64,000 nt of DNA, taken from contig JAEMRK010000001.1 of assembly GCA_016463375.1 (NCBI GenBank), forward strand, positions 17,604 through 81,603, written 5' to 3'. Each line of letters opens with the position of its first letter. Position 1 is the stretch's first letter. Of this stretch, positions 29,235 to 39,059 are shown in pieces. A program made the translations under genes and the position numbers. The notes beneath the pieces are model-generated. The model was not told the DNA's origin and ran no database searches. It saw only the letters and a list, made by a program, of their open reading frames with translations. Source of the DNA: Parachlamydiales bacterium. GTDB lineage: Bacteria > Chlamydiota > Chlamydiia > Chlamydiales > JAEMRK01.

Positions 29235-30077
29235 TTAATCCTCTAAACACTCTATTGAATCTTCACCATCTTGACATTTGGTGATGCCTTGAGTACCTAA
29301 AATACCTCGCTTGGAACTTCTACAAAAATCAACCCAATGTTTGATTTCATCAAACATTTCAACTTCTATTACAATGCGCTGAACAGCATCTTCCAATGTC
29401 AAACCAGATCGAAATGTAATTTTAAACGCTAAGCTAAGAGCTTTTCTTTTTTCGTAACTAAAATTATGTCGTTTTAGACCAATGAGATTTATGCCACCAA
29501 ATTTATAAGGAATACCACCACCAAGGGTGTATGGGAGAATATCTTGAGTGACTCGACTCAAACCACCAACCATTGCATAAGCTCCGATGCGCACAAATTG
29601 ATGTACAGGAGTCATGCCCGCAATGATTGCATAATCTTCAACAATAACGTGTCCAGCAAGCGTTGCATTATTACTCATTATGACATGATTACCAACTTCA
29701 CAATTGTGAGCTATGTGGCAATAAGCCATGATTAAACAATGATCGCCGACTTTTACAATGCTGCCTTCGTGTGTCGATGAATTAATTGTGACAAATTCTC
29801 GAATTTCACAATGCTTGCCGATCTGAACGTAAGTCTTCTCACCAATAAATTTTTTATCTTGTGTCTTCGTTCCAATACTTGCCATTGGCCAGATGACCGT
29901 ACCCTCTCCAATAGTGGTGTTACCATCGATATAGGCATGGGATTTAATGACAACATTATCTTGGAGCGTAACAGTTGATTTAATAATCGCGTAAGGCTCA
30001 ATTGTGACATTTTTTCCGATGACAGCGCCTGCTTCGACAACCGCCATAGGGTGAATTTTTGCTTGTTCGTGGCTCAT
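29235..30077 (-). CDS. lpxA: Acyl-ACP:UDP-N-acetylglucosamine O-acyltransferase
   Basis: Left-handed beta-helix hexapeptide repeats plus a C-terminal helical domain, in lpxA-fabZ-lpxC context. Confidence 0.9.
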   Translation of the reverse strand: MSHEQAKIHPMAVVEAGAVIGKNVTIEPYAIIKSTVTLQDNVVIKSHAYIDGNTTIGEGTVIWPMASIGTKTQDKKFIGEKTYVQIGKHCEIREFVTINSSTHEGSIVKVGDHCLIMAYCHIAHNCEVGNHVIMSNNATLAGHVIVEDYAIIAGMTPVHQFVRIGAYAMVGGLSRVTQDILPYTLGGGIPYKFGGINLIGLKRHNFSYEKRKALSLAFKITFRSGLTLEDAVQRIVIEVEMFDEIKHWVDFCRSSKRGILGTQGITKCQDGEDSIECLED

Positions 30078-30116
30078 TGAACTTTTCTTCCTTTAGCCGA
30101 AAATTGCACTTAAAAC

Positions 30117-30593
30117 CTATATTTGTTTTTTATCGACTAAAGCAAAAGCAATCTCTGCCTCTGCTGCGTTTTTTCCGTCTACAATTGCTGTTGCTTTCAC
30201 CCTGCCCCCTTTGGAGCTAAAATGTAGGCCTTGACAACGTAATATAAGGATATCACCAGGATGAACAGGTTTACGAAATTTAGCGTTATTGACATTAAGC
30301 AACACCGCTATTTTTTCTGTGTATCCTTTTTGATGCACTAAGATCCCACCCGCTTGAGCTAGAGCCTCTAAAATGAGAACACCTGGCATTATGGGAGCGT
30401 CAGGAAAATGTCCTTGAAAAAAGGCTTCGTTAATCGTCACATTTTTTTGTGCGATAATAATTCCTTCTTCCAAATTAATTTCCAAAACCCTGTCGACAAG
30501 TAAAAAAGGATAGCGATGTGGCAAAATTTTCGCGATTTCTTTTACTCCCAACACCACTTTGCCTGTAGGGAAAGAGGTAGAGTCGGTCATCAA
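30117..30593 (-). CDS. fabZ: 3-hydroxyacyl-ACP dehydratase
   Basis: Contains LPHRYPFLLVDRV and GHFPDAPIMPGVLILEALAQ. Confidence 0.95.
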   Translation of the reverse strand: MMTDSTSFPTGKVVLGVKEIAKILPHRYPFLLVDRVLEINLEEGIIIAQKNVTINEAFFQGHFPDAPIMPGVLILEALAQAGGILVHQKGYTEKIAVLLNVNNAKFRKPVHPGDILILRCQGLHFSSKGGRVKATAIVDGKNAAEAEIAFALVDKKQI

Positions 30594-31468
30594 TTGTTCT
30601 CCATCGTAATATGGTTAAATAAAACTTTTGCAAAGGCGACATTAGAGAAGTGCCCGGAGCAGATAGCTATGACATGTGCCATCACTGGAAAACCAACTAA
30701 TGCTAAATCACCAATTAAATCTAAAACTTTATGCCTGACCATTTCGTCAGGAAATTTCAAACCCTCTTTGCTAAAAATCACGTCGTCTTTAATAACAACA
30801 GCGTTTTCTAAACTTCCACCTTTAATCAGACCTTTGTCCATTAAATATGCGACTTCATGGTAAAGAGAAAAGGTTCTACACGGAGAAATTTCTTGTACAA
30901 AGTTTTCGCTATTAACTTCAACAGTACAATATTGAGTCTTCAATGCTGCCGTTGCTGGATAATGCAGTGTATAACTAATTCTGTATTCATCGGATGGAAT
31001 AGCAACTAAATGAATTTTGCCATGTGACCAATAGACAGGTTGTTCTATATGAATAATAGGTATTGTCGCATCAAGCTCTTTCACGCCTGCTTTTAAAATC
31101 ATTTCTACAAATGGGCTTGAACTTCCGTCACCAACGGGAGGCTCAGCAGCAGAAACTTCAATCAAAGCATTATCAACTTGAAACGCTTTTAAAGCAGCCA
31201 TGATATGTTCGATTGTATGAATACGAACATTTCCGATACCAATTGTCGTGCTACGAGATGTATCCTGAACGTATTCGATAGTCGCTGGCACAACAGGCTG
31301 TCCAGGCAAATCCATACGCTTAAAGACAATTCCAGTGCCTTCTTGCGCAGGACAAAATGTCATATCGACAACATTGCCTGTATGGATGCCAATACCAGAC
31401 AAAGAAACTTTTTTAATAAAAGTTGTTTGTTTGCGACTTGACTTTGTTAAAGCAGGATTTAAAATCAC
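30590..31468 (-). CDS. lpxC: UDP-3-O-acyl-N-acetylglucosamine deacetylase
   Basis: LpxC pattern (GIGIHTG; TIEHIMAAL; HKVLDLIGDLAL). It overlaps the fabZ start. Confidence 0.9.
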   Translation of the reverse strand: MILNPALTKSSRKQTTFIKKVSLSGIGIHTGNVVDMTFCPAQEGTGIVFKRMDLPGQPVVPATIEYVQDTSRSTTIGIGNVRIHTIEHIMAALKAFQVDNALIEVSAAEPPVGDGSSSPFVEMILKAGVKELDATIPIIHIEQPVYWSHGKIHLVAIPSDEYRISYTLHYPATAALKTQYCTVEVNSENFVQEISPCRTFSLYHEVAYLMDKGLIKGGSLENAVVIKDDVIFSKEGLKFPDEMVRHKVLDLIGDLALVGFPVMAHVIAICSGHFSNVAFAKVLFNHITMENN

Positions 31469-31509
31469 AGATGTTCAACCGATAATTTGATATCGTTAAA
31501 CAATCTAGG

Positions 31510-33210
31510 TTAATTACTCAAAGGTTTATGAGCAAGGACTTTTCTTTTAATCACATAATGATCTAAAGCATAAACAATCAATAAGATCAGGCTAAAACCA
31601 ACAACTAACATATCACCAAAATATGAATAAATCGTATTGTAATTATAAGTTGGCACTTCAATATTAATAGCTCCGGCAGACCATTCGACCTCTCCTTCGT
31701 CTTCGCCTAAAATTTTTAATACTCGTCCAAATGAATCTACAGCACTTGTTACACCATTATTGCAAGCACGTACTAGCGGCACGCCATTTTCAACAGTACG
31801 TAATCTTCCAAGTTCAAAATGTTGTTGAGGTAGCATAGAATTCGGATACCAAATATCATTTGTCACATTTACAAAAATTTCCGCTCCCTGCACGCGGTTT
31901 TGCCGAACTAAATTTCCAAATGTTTCTTCGTAACAAATGCTAGCCCCTAATTTAAGTTTTCCTTTAAACACCTTTGCAACAGTCCCTGGTGTAAAAAAGT
32001 AAATAATACCCCACTTCTTAGCAATTTCTCGACACCAAGCATAAGGTACATATTCTGCCATTGGCACTAAAATTTGCTTTTCATAACGCTGCCATTCTTC
32101 TTTAAATGGAGCAAAATGAAAAGCCGCTTGATAACTGACGCTCGACTTCGTGCCATCCATTTCAAAATCTTCGAGCCCTGCAACGACTTCACTGGCAAAA
32201 TAATTTGCAATCGTTTGTGCCCAATAGGCGTTACCAACCCCCCAAAAAGGTTCGCCTTCGTCTGTAATCATATGAGCTAGTGGTGGTTTCAAAGGAGGAA
32301 AAAAGGTTTTATCCTTACTGCCTAAAATTTTTTCAAATGAATATTCCAAATCTTGAAAAGCAGTTAGAGGTTTAAAACTACCGTAAGGAACGACAGCTTC
32401 TGGTAAAACAATTAAATCCAAAGCATTGTGTTTTTGCGAACGTAATAAATACAAAACTCTTTGCCACTGCTCTAAAGGCGTATAAAGCATTTTTGCCTTT
32501 TCACCATAATATGGGAATTTTTCTTCCGGAAGCATCGCTGTTTGAACTAAAGCAACATGATAAGGATTTTGATTAAGAGAATCTTTTTTTAAATCATGCC
32601 AAGCTATAAATGCCGCCCCAAAAATATATGGGAGGCTAACACATATTATCCATCCTGCTTTAGTGGTTTTCAAACATGATTTAACCAATTTAAACAACAT
32701 TAAATTAACAAGTATTACCCAAAACGATAACCAGTAAATCCCCCCGATACTTGCCCATTGCCTAGAAAAGTCTGTGCAAGCAAGAGCCAGTCCAGTTGGG
32801 TTCCACGTATATCCACTTATAAAAAATAATCGTGCCCATTCAAAAATAGACCATAAAGCACATAACGCCATAAGGCGTTGTGTGCTTAACGGTTTATCAT
32901 ATGGTATACAATAAGATATGAGGCCAAATTGGGCGCCGACTGCTAAACACAAGAAGGCGTAGACAATAAGAATATACGGGCCAACATATTCATAGGATGT
33001 CATCCAAGAGAGTTGGTATAACTGAATTAAGCTAAACCAAATGAAAGGGATGACGAAAGAGCGTTTTTTTAAACCTAACCAAAATAAAGCATAACCACAA
33101 GTGGATGCTATGACTCCTATTAGAGGCAAGTTAGAAGGCTGTCCTAAACTCACAATAACTAATGATATTAGTATGAGGCTTACACGTTGAGCAAAAGTAA
33201 AAGAAGTCAT
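31510..33210 (-). CDS. lnt: Apolipoprotein N-acyltransferase
   Basis: An N-terminal polytopic membrane domain plus a CN-hydrolase domain (LPEA; ICYEETF). Confidence 0.85.
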   Translation of the reverse strand: MTSFTFAQRVSLILISLVIVSLGQPSNLPLIGVIASTCGYALFWLGLKKRSFVIPFIWFSLIQLYQLSWMTSYEYVGPYILIVYAFLCLAVGAQFGLISYCIPYDKPLSTQRLMALCALWSIFEWARLFFISGYTWNPTGLALACTDFSRQWASIGGIYWLSFWVILVNLMLFKLVKSCLKTTKAGWIICVSLPYIFGAAFIAWHDLKKDSLNQNPYHVALVQTAMLPEEKFPYYGEKAKMLYTPLEQWQRVLYLLRSQKHNALDLIVLPEAVVPYGSFKPLTAFQDLEYSFEKILGSKDKTFFPPLKPPLAHMITDEGEPFWGVGNAYWAQTIANYFASEVVAGLEDFEMDGTKSSVSYQAAFHFAPFKEEWQRYEKQILVPMAEYVPYAWCREIAKKWGIIYFFTPGTVAKVFKGKLKLGASICYEETFGNLVRQNRVQGAEIFVNVTNDIWYPNSMLPQQHFELGRLRTVENGVPLVRACNNGVTSAVDSFGRVLKILGEDEGEVEWSAGAINIEVPTYNYNTIYSYFGDMLVVGFSLILLIVYALDHYVIKRKVLAHKPLSN

Positions 33211-33224
33211 AGGTTTTTTTATTA

Positions 33225-33635
33225 TTAGTTATCCAAAGCCCAAGAGCCTGCACCGGTACCTAATAGTATAAACAATCCACCAGCAATTGCCATATTTTTC
33301 CAAAACATCATCATTTGTGTAGAATAGGCTGCAGAATGGACATTCCAATAGGAGTGAAAGATAAACGTTGTCGGAATTAAAAATATTAATAGCACGAAAG
33401 CCCCAAATCGAGCTTTATAACCTAACAAGAGCATTAAACCGCCGAGTAATTCAATGATTGTTGCCAGCAACAAAGATGCATAAGGCATAGGTATTTTGAC
33501 TGCATCTAAATAATCAGTCATTTCATGCCAGTGGGTGACTTTATAAATGCCTACAACTAGAAAAATTAAACTAATTAACACTCTTCCTATTAATATAGCC
33601 GCATTTTGTCCGCGAGTATAAGGGGTAATACGCAC
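33225..33635 (-). CDS. DoxX-family membrane protein
   Basis: Four TM helices with a DoxX-like pattern (LIGRVLISLIFLVVGIYK; ELLGGLMLLLGYKARFGA). Confidence 0.75.
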   Translation of the reverse strand: MRITPYTRGQNAAILIGRVLISLIFLVVGIYKVTHWHEMTDYLDAVKIPMPYASLLLATIIELLGGLMLLLGYKARFGAFVLLIFLIPTTFIFHSYWNVHSAAYSTQMMMFWKNMAIAGGLFILLGTGAGSWALDN

Positions 33636-33743
33636 TAATAACTCCTTTTTAAATTTATTAATCCAAATATTTTTTTATAATAAATTTCATCAATTAAATA
33701 AACCAACTTGCAAAAAAAAGTAATTGTATTTAAATTTTTTAGG

Positions 33744-34871
33744 ATGATTCCATTTAGACAACACCATTTAATTCAATTATTGCAAGAGTTTGACCCTCAA
33801 AAAGGGCCGCTGGATCTTTTCATGAGTTTATACTTTAGAGAAAATCGCGCTCTTGGCTCTAAAGACAAGGCCTTCATTAGTGAAGCTGTATATAAACTTA
33901 TAAGACATCAAACTCTTGTCGATTACCTTTCAGACTTTTCTGATGATTGGCTTGAGCGCTTAGATGTATTGGAAGAGTGGTTGCAAAACCCTGATGCATC
34001 GCTCCCATTGCACTTACAGCTTAGCTTTCCCGAAGATCTATTCATTAGACTTGTTAAGCAATATGGACAAGATCAAGCTAAAGCTATCTGCATAGCCAGC
34101 AATTTACCAGCTCCGACAACAATAAGAGTTAATACTTTAAAAATTTCGCGTGACGAACTTTTTGAAAAATGGAAAAATAACTATGATGTGTCATTGTGCC
34201 ATTACTCAGATTGTGGCATAGTCTTTAACCAAAAAGTTCATTTTTATTCGATGCCAGAATTTCAAAATGGTTTTTTTGAAATGCAGGACGAAGCTAGTCA
34301 ATTAGTTGCTTTACATGTCAAAGCTAGACCAACTGATCTTGTTCTAGATTATTGTGCTGGTTCTGGTGGTAAAACTTTAGCTTTCGCGCCTCTAATGCAT
34401 CAAAAAGGGCAAATTTTTCTTCATGACATCCGCCCCCATATATTATTAGAAGCTAAAAGGCGTTTAAAACGAGCGGGCATTCAAAATGCGCAATTGTTAC
34501 TCCCTGACAACACAGCTAAACAAAAAAAATTAAAGAAAAAAATGGATTGGGTACTTGTTGATGCTCCTTGTAGTGGTTCTGGAACATGGAGACGTAATCC
34601 TGATATGAAAGGCAAGTTCCACGAGGAAAGACTTCAGTCTTTAATTAAGGAGCAAAGAGTTATTTTTGAAAGAGCTTTGAGTTTTGTTAAGCCAGGTGGA
34701 CATATTGTTTATGCAACTTGCAGCCTCTTTGCTGAAGAGAATGAAAATCAAGCCGACTTTTTTAAAAAAAATTATAACTTAACATGTCAAATACCTTACT
34801 TCTTTACAATACCTAAAGAAAAAGAAATGGATGGTTTTTTCTGTGCCGTTTTTAAAAAATCCGGTAATTGA
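33744..34871 (+). CDS. rsmB: RsmB/Sun-family RNA m5C methyltransferase
   Basis: SAM motif DYCAGSGGKT and catalytic DAPCSGSGTWRRNPD and ATCS. The start is set at the ATG at 33744; the ORF-track start at 33708 is a TTG. Confidence 0.85.
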   Translation: MIPFRQHHLIQLLQEFDPQKGPLDLFMSLYFRENRALGSKDKAFISEAVYKLIRHQTLVDYLSDFSDDWLERLDVLEEWLQNPDASLPLHLQLSFPEDLFIRLVKQYGQDQAKAICIASNLPAPTTIRVNTLKISRDELFEKWKNNYDVSLCHYSDCGIVFNQKVHFYSMPEFQNGFFEMQDEASQLVALHVKARPTDLVLDYCAGSGGKTLAFAPLMHQKGQIFLHDIRPHILLEAKRRLKRAGIQNAQLLLPDNTAKQKKLKKKMDWVLVDAPCSGSGTWRRNPDMKGKFHEERLQSLIKEQRVIFERALSFVKPGGHIVYATCSLFAEENENQADFFKKNYNLTCQIPYFFTIPKEKEMDGFFCAVFKKSGN

Positions 34872-34904
34872 GTATACTGTAGTTAGTCTAACATTTTGGG
34901 ATCT

Positions 34905-35999
34905 ATGAAAAAAAATATCATTTTATGCGTTACTCTTTTAGCTCTAGGGACTTTACAAGCTGAACCTGCTCGTCAAGCTGCTATAAGCCAAAAATCTAAA
35001 ACAAATAATGACAGTCTTTTTCAAAAAAGTCCTGCTACTATAGCCGTTCAAAACCGAGTTTTAGCCAAAGCTAATTCCAAATTAATTACAGTTGTCGACG
35101 TCATGAAGAGGATGGATTTAGTTTTTTTTAGAGAATATGCTCACTTGGCCGATTCTTTAGAAGCTCGGTGCCAATTCTACCAACAAAATTGGCGTTCATT
35201 TTTAGATGACTTGATTGATTCTGAACTCATCATGGCTGATGCTGGTGAAAAAAAATACAGCGTTAGTGAAGGTGATGTGCGTGAAGAGATGGAAAGTTTA
35301 TTCGGCCCAAATGTTGTTTACAATATTGATAGCTATGGTTTGACATTCGATGAAGCAAAAAATATGTTAACGAGTGATTTGACAGTCCGTCGCATGACAT
35401 ATGCTATGGTTAACAACCGTGTGATGCATCAGATCCATCCAAAAGAAGTGCGTGAAATTTACGAAAAAGAAGTTAAAAATAATCCCACTGACGATGTGTG
35501 GACCTACCGCGTTCTTTCACTGAATGGTCCTAAATCAGATGAGTGCAAACAAGCTGCAGAAGTTGCTTACCAGTTACTCTCTGACAATAGCATTACTATC
35601 GACTCAATTAATGAAGCGCTTAAAGAAAAAAATGTTCTAACTAATGACATGACAGTGTCTGTATCAGACGAATTTGTGCGTCATGAAAAAGAGCTTTCCA
35701 CAAATCATAAAGATTCGTTGAAAAGTTTAAATAGCGGACAATATAGTAATCCGGCAAGTCAACTCAATCGTAATACCAATCAAACTGTATGGCGCATCTT
35801 TTATGTTAAAGATCATCAAGAAGGACGCATCATCCCTTTCCCTGAAGTTGAAGATCGCATTAAACAATATTTAATGGAAAAAGCTGTTGCTGCAGAAACT
35901 GAGCGCTACCGTACACATTTAAGAGAACGCTATAACATCGACAAGGATTATCTTAATGAGATGATCCCTGGCGATTTTCAACCCTTCCATCTTAATTAA
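34905..35999 (+). CDS. Periplasmic SurA/PpiD-like chaperone with a degenerate parvulin-like region
   Basis: Signal peptide MKKNIILCVTLLALGTLQA. The layout is SurA-N-like and the C-terminus resembles a PrsA/SurA tail. No clear catalytic parvulin motif is present. Confidence 0.45.
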   Translation: MKKNIILCVTLLALGTLQAEPARQAAISQKSKTNNDSLFQKSPATIAVQNRVLAKANSKLITVVDVMKRMDLVFFREYAHLADSLEARCQFYQQNWRSFLDDLIDSELIMADAGEKKYSVSEGDVREEMESLFGPNVVYNIDSYGLTFDEAKNMLTSDLTVRRMTYAMVNNRVMHQIHPKEVREIYEKEVKNNPTDDVWTYRVLSLNGPKSDECKQAAEVAYQLLSDNSITIDSINEALKEKNVLTNDMTVSVSDEFVRHEKELSTNHKDSLKSLNSGQYSNPASQLNRNTNQTVWRIFYVKDHQEGRIIPFPEVEDRIKQYLMEKAVAAETERYRTHLRERYNIDKDYLNEMIPGDFQPFHLN

Positions 36000-37303
36000 T
36001 AAGATGAAGTAGCAGGCCTTCTTCTTTTATTGATCCACCATAGAAGGCCTATCATAACTAAAACTAAACCTCCTAAAGCGTACCCTTTTTTACCTTTTAA
36101 TAATGTTGAGTATTCACCCAACTGATCTTGGAATTTGCTCGCGAAAGTTTGTTCTAACGCATTGAGTGCTAAAAGTGGGACTTCTTTTAAAACACGTCCT
36201 CTTTCATCTCTAACAACAATTGTGCCGACAATGCTATCTTTTTCAAGGGGTGCTATTAAATCTTCTTTCCAATTCAATACAGCTTTTACAGATGGTTCTT
36301 CGGACGGGTAAAACTTAACTGTTATATCGTCGCTCAAATATGTTTGTAAAACACCTTTGCCACCTTTAACTTTTACATTGTATTTTTGCGTTCCTTTGCT
36401 CATCAAATGACGAACTTGCAAAGGTTCTTTAAAAGCAGTATCAAACAATTTGATAGCATCTTTGAAAGCATCACCTCGTTCTGTACAATGCAAAATAATA
36501 GCGATTAACATGCGATCACCTTCTTGAGCCGCCGCAACGAGTGCATGTCCAGCTTTGGAGTAGTACCCTGTTTTTATACCTATTGCTTTTGGATAGTAAT
36601 ATGGACCTTGCTTAAGCAAACGATTAGTCTGCGTTAACATGTGAGCTGGTTGTTTATTAGTTTCTGGTCTGAGGTAACTTGTTGTTTTAACAATTTGTCT
36701 GAAAAAAGGGTTCTTCATTGCCTCTTGAGCTATGATGGACATGTCTTTGGCAGTTGTTTGATGGTCTGTTAGGTGAAGTCCGCTGGGATTGACAAAATGA
36801 GTGTTTTGACATCCTAAACTTTTTAAATAGACGTTCATCCCCTTCATAAAATCAGTGATAGTACCACCAACGTGCTGAGCAATCACATTGGCAGCATCAT
36901 TACCAGATGCTAACATCATGCCGTAAAACAGTGCCCTCAAAGGCATTGTTTCATCACGTTTAATTCCAATATGAGTTCCTCCAACTAAAAGCCAGTAAGG
37001 AGGAATTTTTCCTTCTTCTTGTCTCTTAAGAGATGCTGTTGTAATCGATGCAATAGCGTCTTGTTCAGCAGTAACCATTTCATCTAAACGATGTCCCACT
37101 TGATTTAATGCATATAGTGCTGTTGCGACTTTTGTTGTACTGGCAGGAAATTGGATTGCATTAGCGTTTTTTTCAAACAAGACTTGTCCAGTTTCCCCAT
37201 TAATCAAGATGACTGATTGCCCTAAGACATCTACATCTAATGGTTTAGCACTTAGTAAACCACATGTTAATAAACAAGCGATTAATAGGGTTTTGTAATA
37301 CAT
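35996..37303 (-). CDS. dacC: D-alanyl-D-alanine carboxypeptidase (PBP5/6 class)
   Basis: Signal peptide, SxxK (ASTTK), SxN (SGND), KTG (IKTG) and a C-terminal membrane anchor. Confidence 0.85.
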   Translation of the reverse strand: MYYKTLLIACLLTCGLLSAKPLDVDVLGQSVILINGETGQVLFEKNANAIQFPASTTKVATALYALNQVGHRLDEMVTAEQDAIASITTASLKRQEEGKIPPYWLLVGGTHIGIKRDETMPLRALFYGMMLASGNDAANVIAQHVGGTITDFMKGMNVYLKSLGCQNTHFVNPSGLHLTDHQTTAKDMSIIAQEAMKNPFFRQIVKTTSYLRPETNKQPAHMLTQTNRLLKQGPYYYPKAIGIKTGYYSKAGHALVAAAQEGDRMLIAIILHCTERGDAFKDAIKLFDTAFKEPLQVRHLMSKGTQKYNVKVKGGKGVLQTYLSDDITVKFYPSEEPSVKAVLNWKEDLIAPLEKDSIVGTIVVRDERGRVLKEVPLLALNALEQTFASKFQDQLGEYSTLLKGKKGYALGGLVLVMIGLLWWINKRRRPATSSY

Positions 37304-37523
37304 GACTCCCCTTTGTTTAAAAAGTCCCTTAAAATTGATAGCCTTATATGGATTTAATCGATTCTTCTCAAGTTTTTAGCCCAAAAGACCCGCTTTAAAG
37401 CATCATATATTCCATTTTTTGACTAAAATAGCGAGTTTTACACATCCCTTTTAACCTTTTATTCTACTTTTGAAAAAATGGCGACTCTCTTTCTCCTACT
37501 AAATCAGGGATTTAAAAATTTAT

Positions 37524-37553
37524 TTGACACTTCGTGAAAAAGATAAATATAAT
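37524..37553 (+). promoter_or_regulatory. Consensus sigma-70/66-type promoter
   Basis: TTGACA (37524-37529), an 18-nt spacer, then TATAAT (37548-37553). It lies ~95 nt upstream of the ATG at 37648, which is preceded by AAGGGAGA. Confidence 0.5.
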
Positions 37554-37647
37554 ATGTTATAGGCAAAAGAATCTTTGCGATAGGAATCCGCGCGCTTTTT
37601 CTATTCCTTCGGTAAGGTAACGAAAAAGTGTAAGGGAGAATATATTC

Positions 37648-38088
37648 ATGATCAACCCCGTAGAGCTGGAAAGTTCTTACCAGGAATTTATGGCAGATCT
37701 CGCTCACTGGATCCCAGATGGACCAATTCATGTGGATCTTGAGATGCTGCACTCGATGGGCCTAGTTAACGCCAACCTTTTTGAGCCGGATACTGCTCCA
37801 GCTCAAGGGACTGAGCAATTTTATGTCATTGAGACATCAGAGAAGCTCACTTTATTCAATAACGAATTTAGCGTCTGGATCGTCCCTCGTGTAGTGGACC
37901 AAGTCTCGACCACGCTCACCCTCGTAGCGGTAAACCATGCAGGGAAACCAAACCTAGAACTCGTATTTCTTACATCAGGCGTATATAATAATTCTCGCCT
38001 CGTCTTGGGCATTCTTGATTACTTCTTACAAGAAGTAAAAGAAAACGAAGACATGATCGTTCGATTTAATAAGATCATCAATAAATAA
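37648..38088 (+). CDS. Conserved hypothetical protein (146 aa; positional equivalent of CT550)
   Basis: ORF with a strong SD and a consensus promoter. No recognisable motifs. Confidence 0.55.
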   Translation: MINPVELESSYQEFMADLAHWIPDGPIHVDLEMLHSMGLVNANLFEPDTAPAQGTEQFYVIETSEKLTLFNNEFSVWIVPRVVDQVSTTLTLVAVNHAGKPNLELVFLTSGVYNNSRLVLGILDYFLQEVKENEDMIVRFNKIINK

Positions 38089-38103
38089 GTCACATTTTTA
38101 CGA

Positions 38104-38514
38104 TTAAAGATTTTTTCTTAGCTCTAAAATGTTGGCATCGTCTTCTCGCCGGTAATGGACATCATCCATTAACGATCGAAGAAGATGAATGCCAAGACCA
38201 CCTATAGGTCTCTCCTCAATTGAGAGGTCAAAATTAGGCTTTTTAGATTCCTTAGTTGGATCAAATGGTTTGCCCCAATCTTTGAGAATAAACTTTATTT
38301 TCTTATCATCTCTTAGACATTGAATATCTAAACGGCCCACCTTCTCACTTGAATAGGCATAATTGATAATATTAACGAGCGCTTCTTCAATGGCTAACTC
38401 AATATGATTTTTAGTTTTGGAAGGTAAGTCATCTAATTTGGTTTGTTCTGATATGTATAACATCATTTTCGTTAAAGATTCCAAATCAGCATTGAATTGC
38501 ACAGTGATCACCAA
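38104..38514 (-). CDS. rsbW: Anti-sigma factor / partner-switching serine kinase (RsbW-like, HATPase_c)
   Basis: N-box EEALVNIINYAY, G1-like DWGKPFDP, and GGLGIHLLRSLMD. Its ~136 aa size is typical. Confidence 0.75.
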   Translation of the reverse strand: MVITVQFNADLESLTKMMLYISEQTKLDDLPSKTKNHIELAIEEALVNIINYAYSSEKVGRLDIQCLRDDKKIKFILKDWGKPFDPTKESKKPNFDLSIEERPIGGLGIHLLRSLMDDVHYRREDDANILELRKNL

Positions 38515-39059
38515 TAAGCATTAAGGTAGGAAACAATTTTTTTTGCTAATTGGTCATAAAGAGGTGTATCAGAAGACTCTTTAGCCGAAGAGCGATAATT
38601 AAGCTGCCCTTGGGAAAACTGGGCAATATCTAGGTTACTTGTATCGGGCTGATAATCATAGTTAACAGAACTTGAAAAATATAAAGGCCCAACAAGGACG
38701 CAATTATTCGAACAATCAACTACAGTTACTTCAGCTAAAATAGAGGATCTATCTTCTGATGAAACTAAAGCTCCAATTCTTTCACCTTGCCCATTAGTTT
38801 CATAAGTGAATCCAATGGGTTCTGTACGTCTGCTTTTGATCTTTACTAAAAGATTAAGATCACCACCTGACGAAATGTATTGAAACCCACCAGATTCCCC
38901 AATGGCTCTAATTACTGATGTTGTCAAATCGCCTTTAGTGTCTCCATCAATGTAGGGCACGGATACTGTGCTATACGAATCACAAAGCACACCTTTACCA
39001 AAGTGATAACCACAACCACTCAGAGTTAGAGCTAAAAGAACAAGGCAGATTAATCTCAT
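38508..39059 (-). CDS. LptE-like outer-membrane lipoprotein
   Basis: The start is set at Met10 (ATGA overlap with the upstream gene). Lipobox LTLSGC is followed by GYHFGKG, resembling the LptE N-terminus (CGFHLRG). Confidence 0.5.
   Translation of the reverse strand: MRLICLVLLALTLSGCGYHFGKGVLCDSYSTVSVPYIDGDTKGDLTTSVIRAIGESGGFQYISSGGDLNLLVKIKSRRTEPIGFTYETNGQGERIGALVSSEDRSSILAEVTVVDCSNNCVLVGPLYFSSSVNYDYQPDTSNLDIAQFSQGQLNYRSSAKESSDTPLYDQLAKKIVSYLNAYW

Noticed and set aside
37504-37752. 82-aa minus-strand ORF
   Set aside because: It overlaps the consensus promoter, the leader and the 5' end of the well-supported plus-strand gene at 37648, and it has no motifs.
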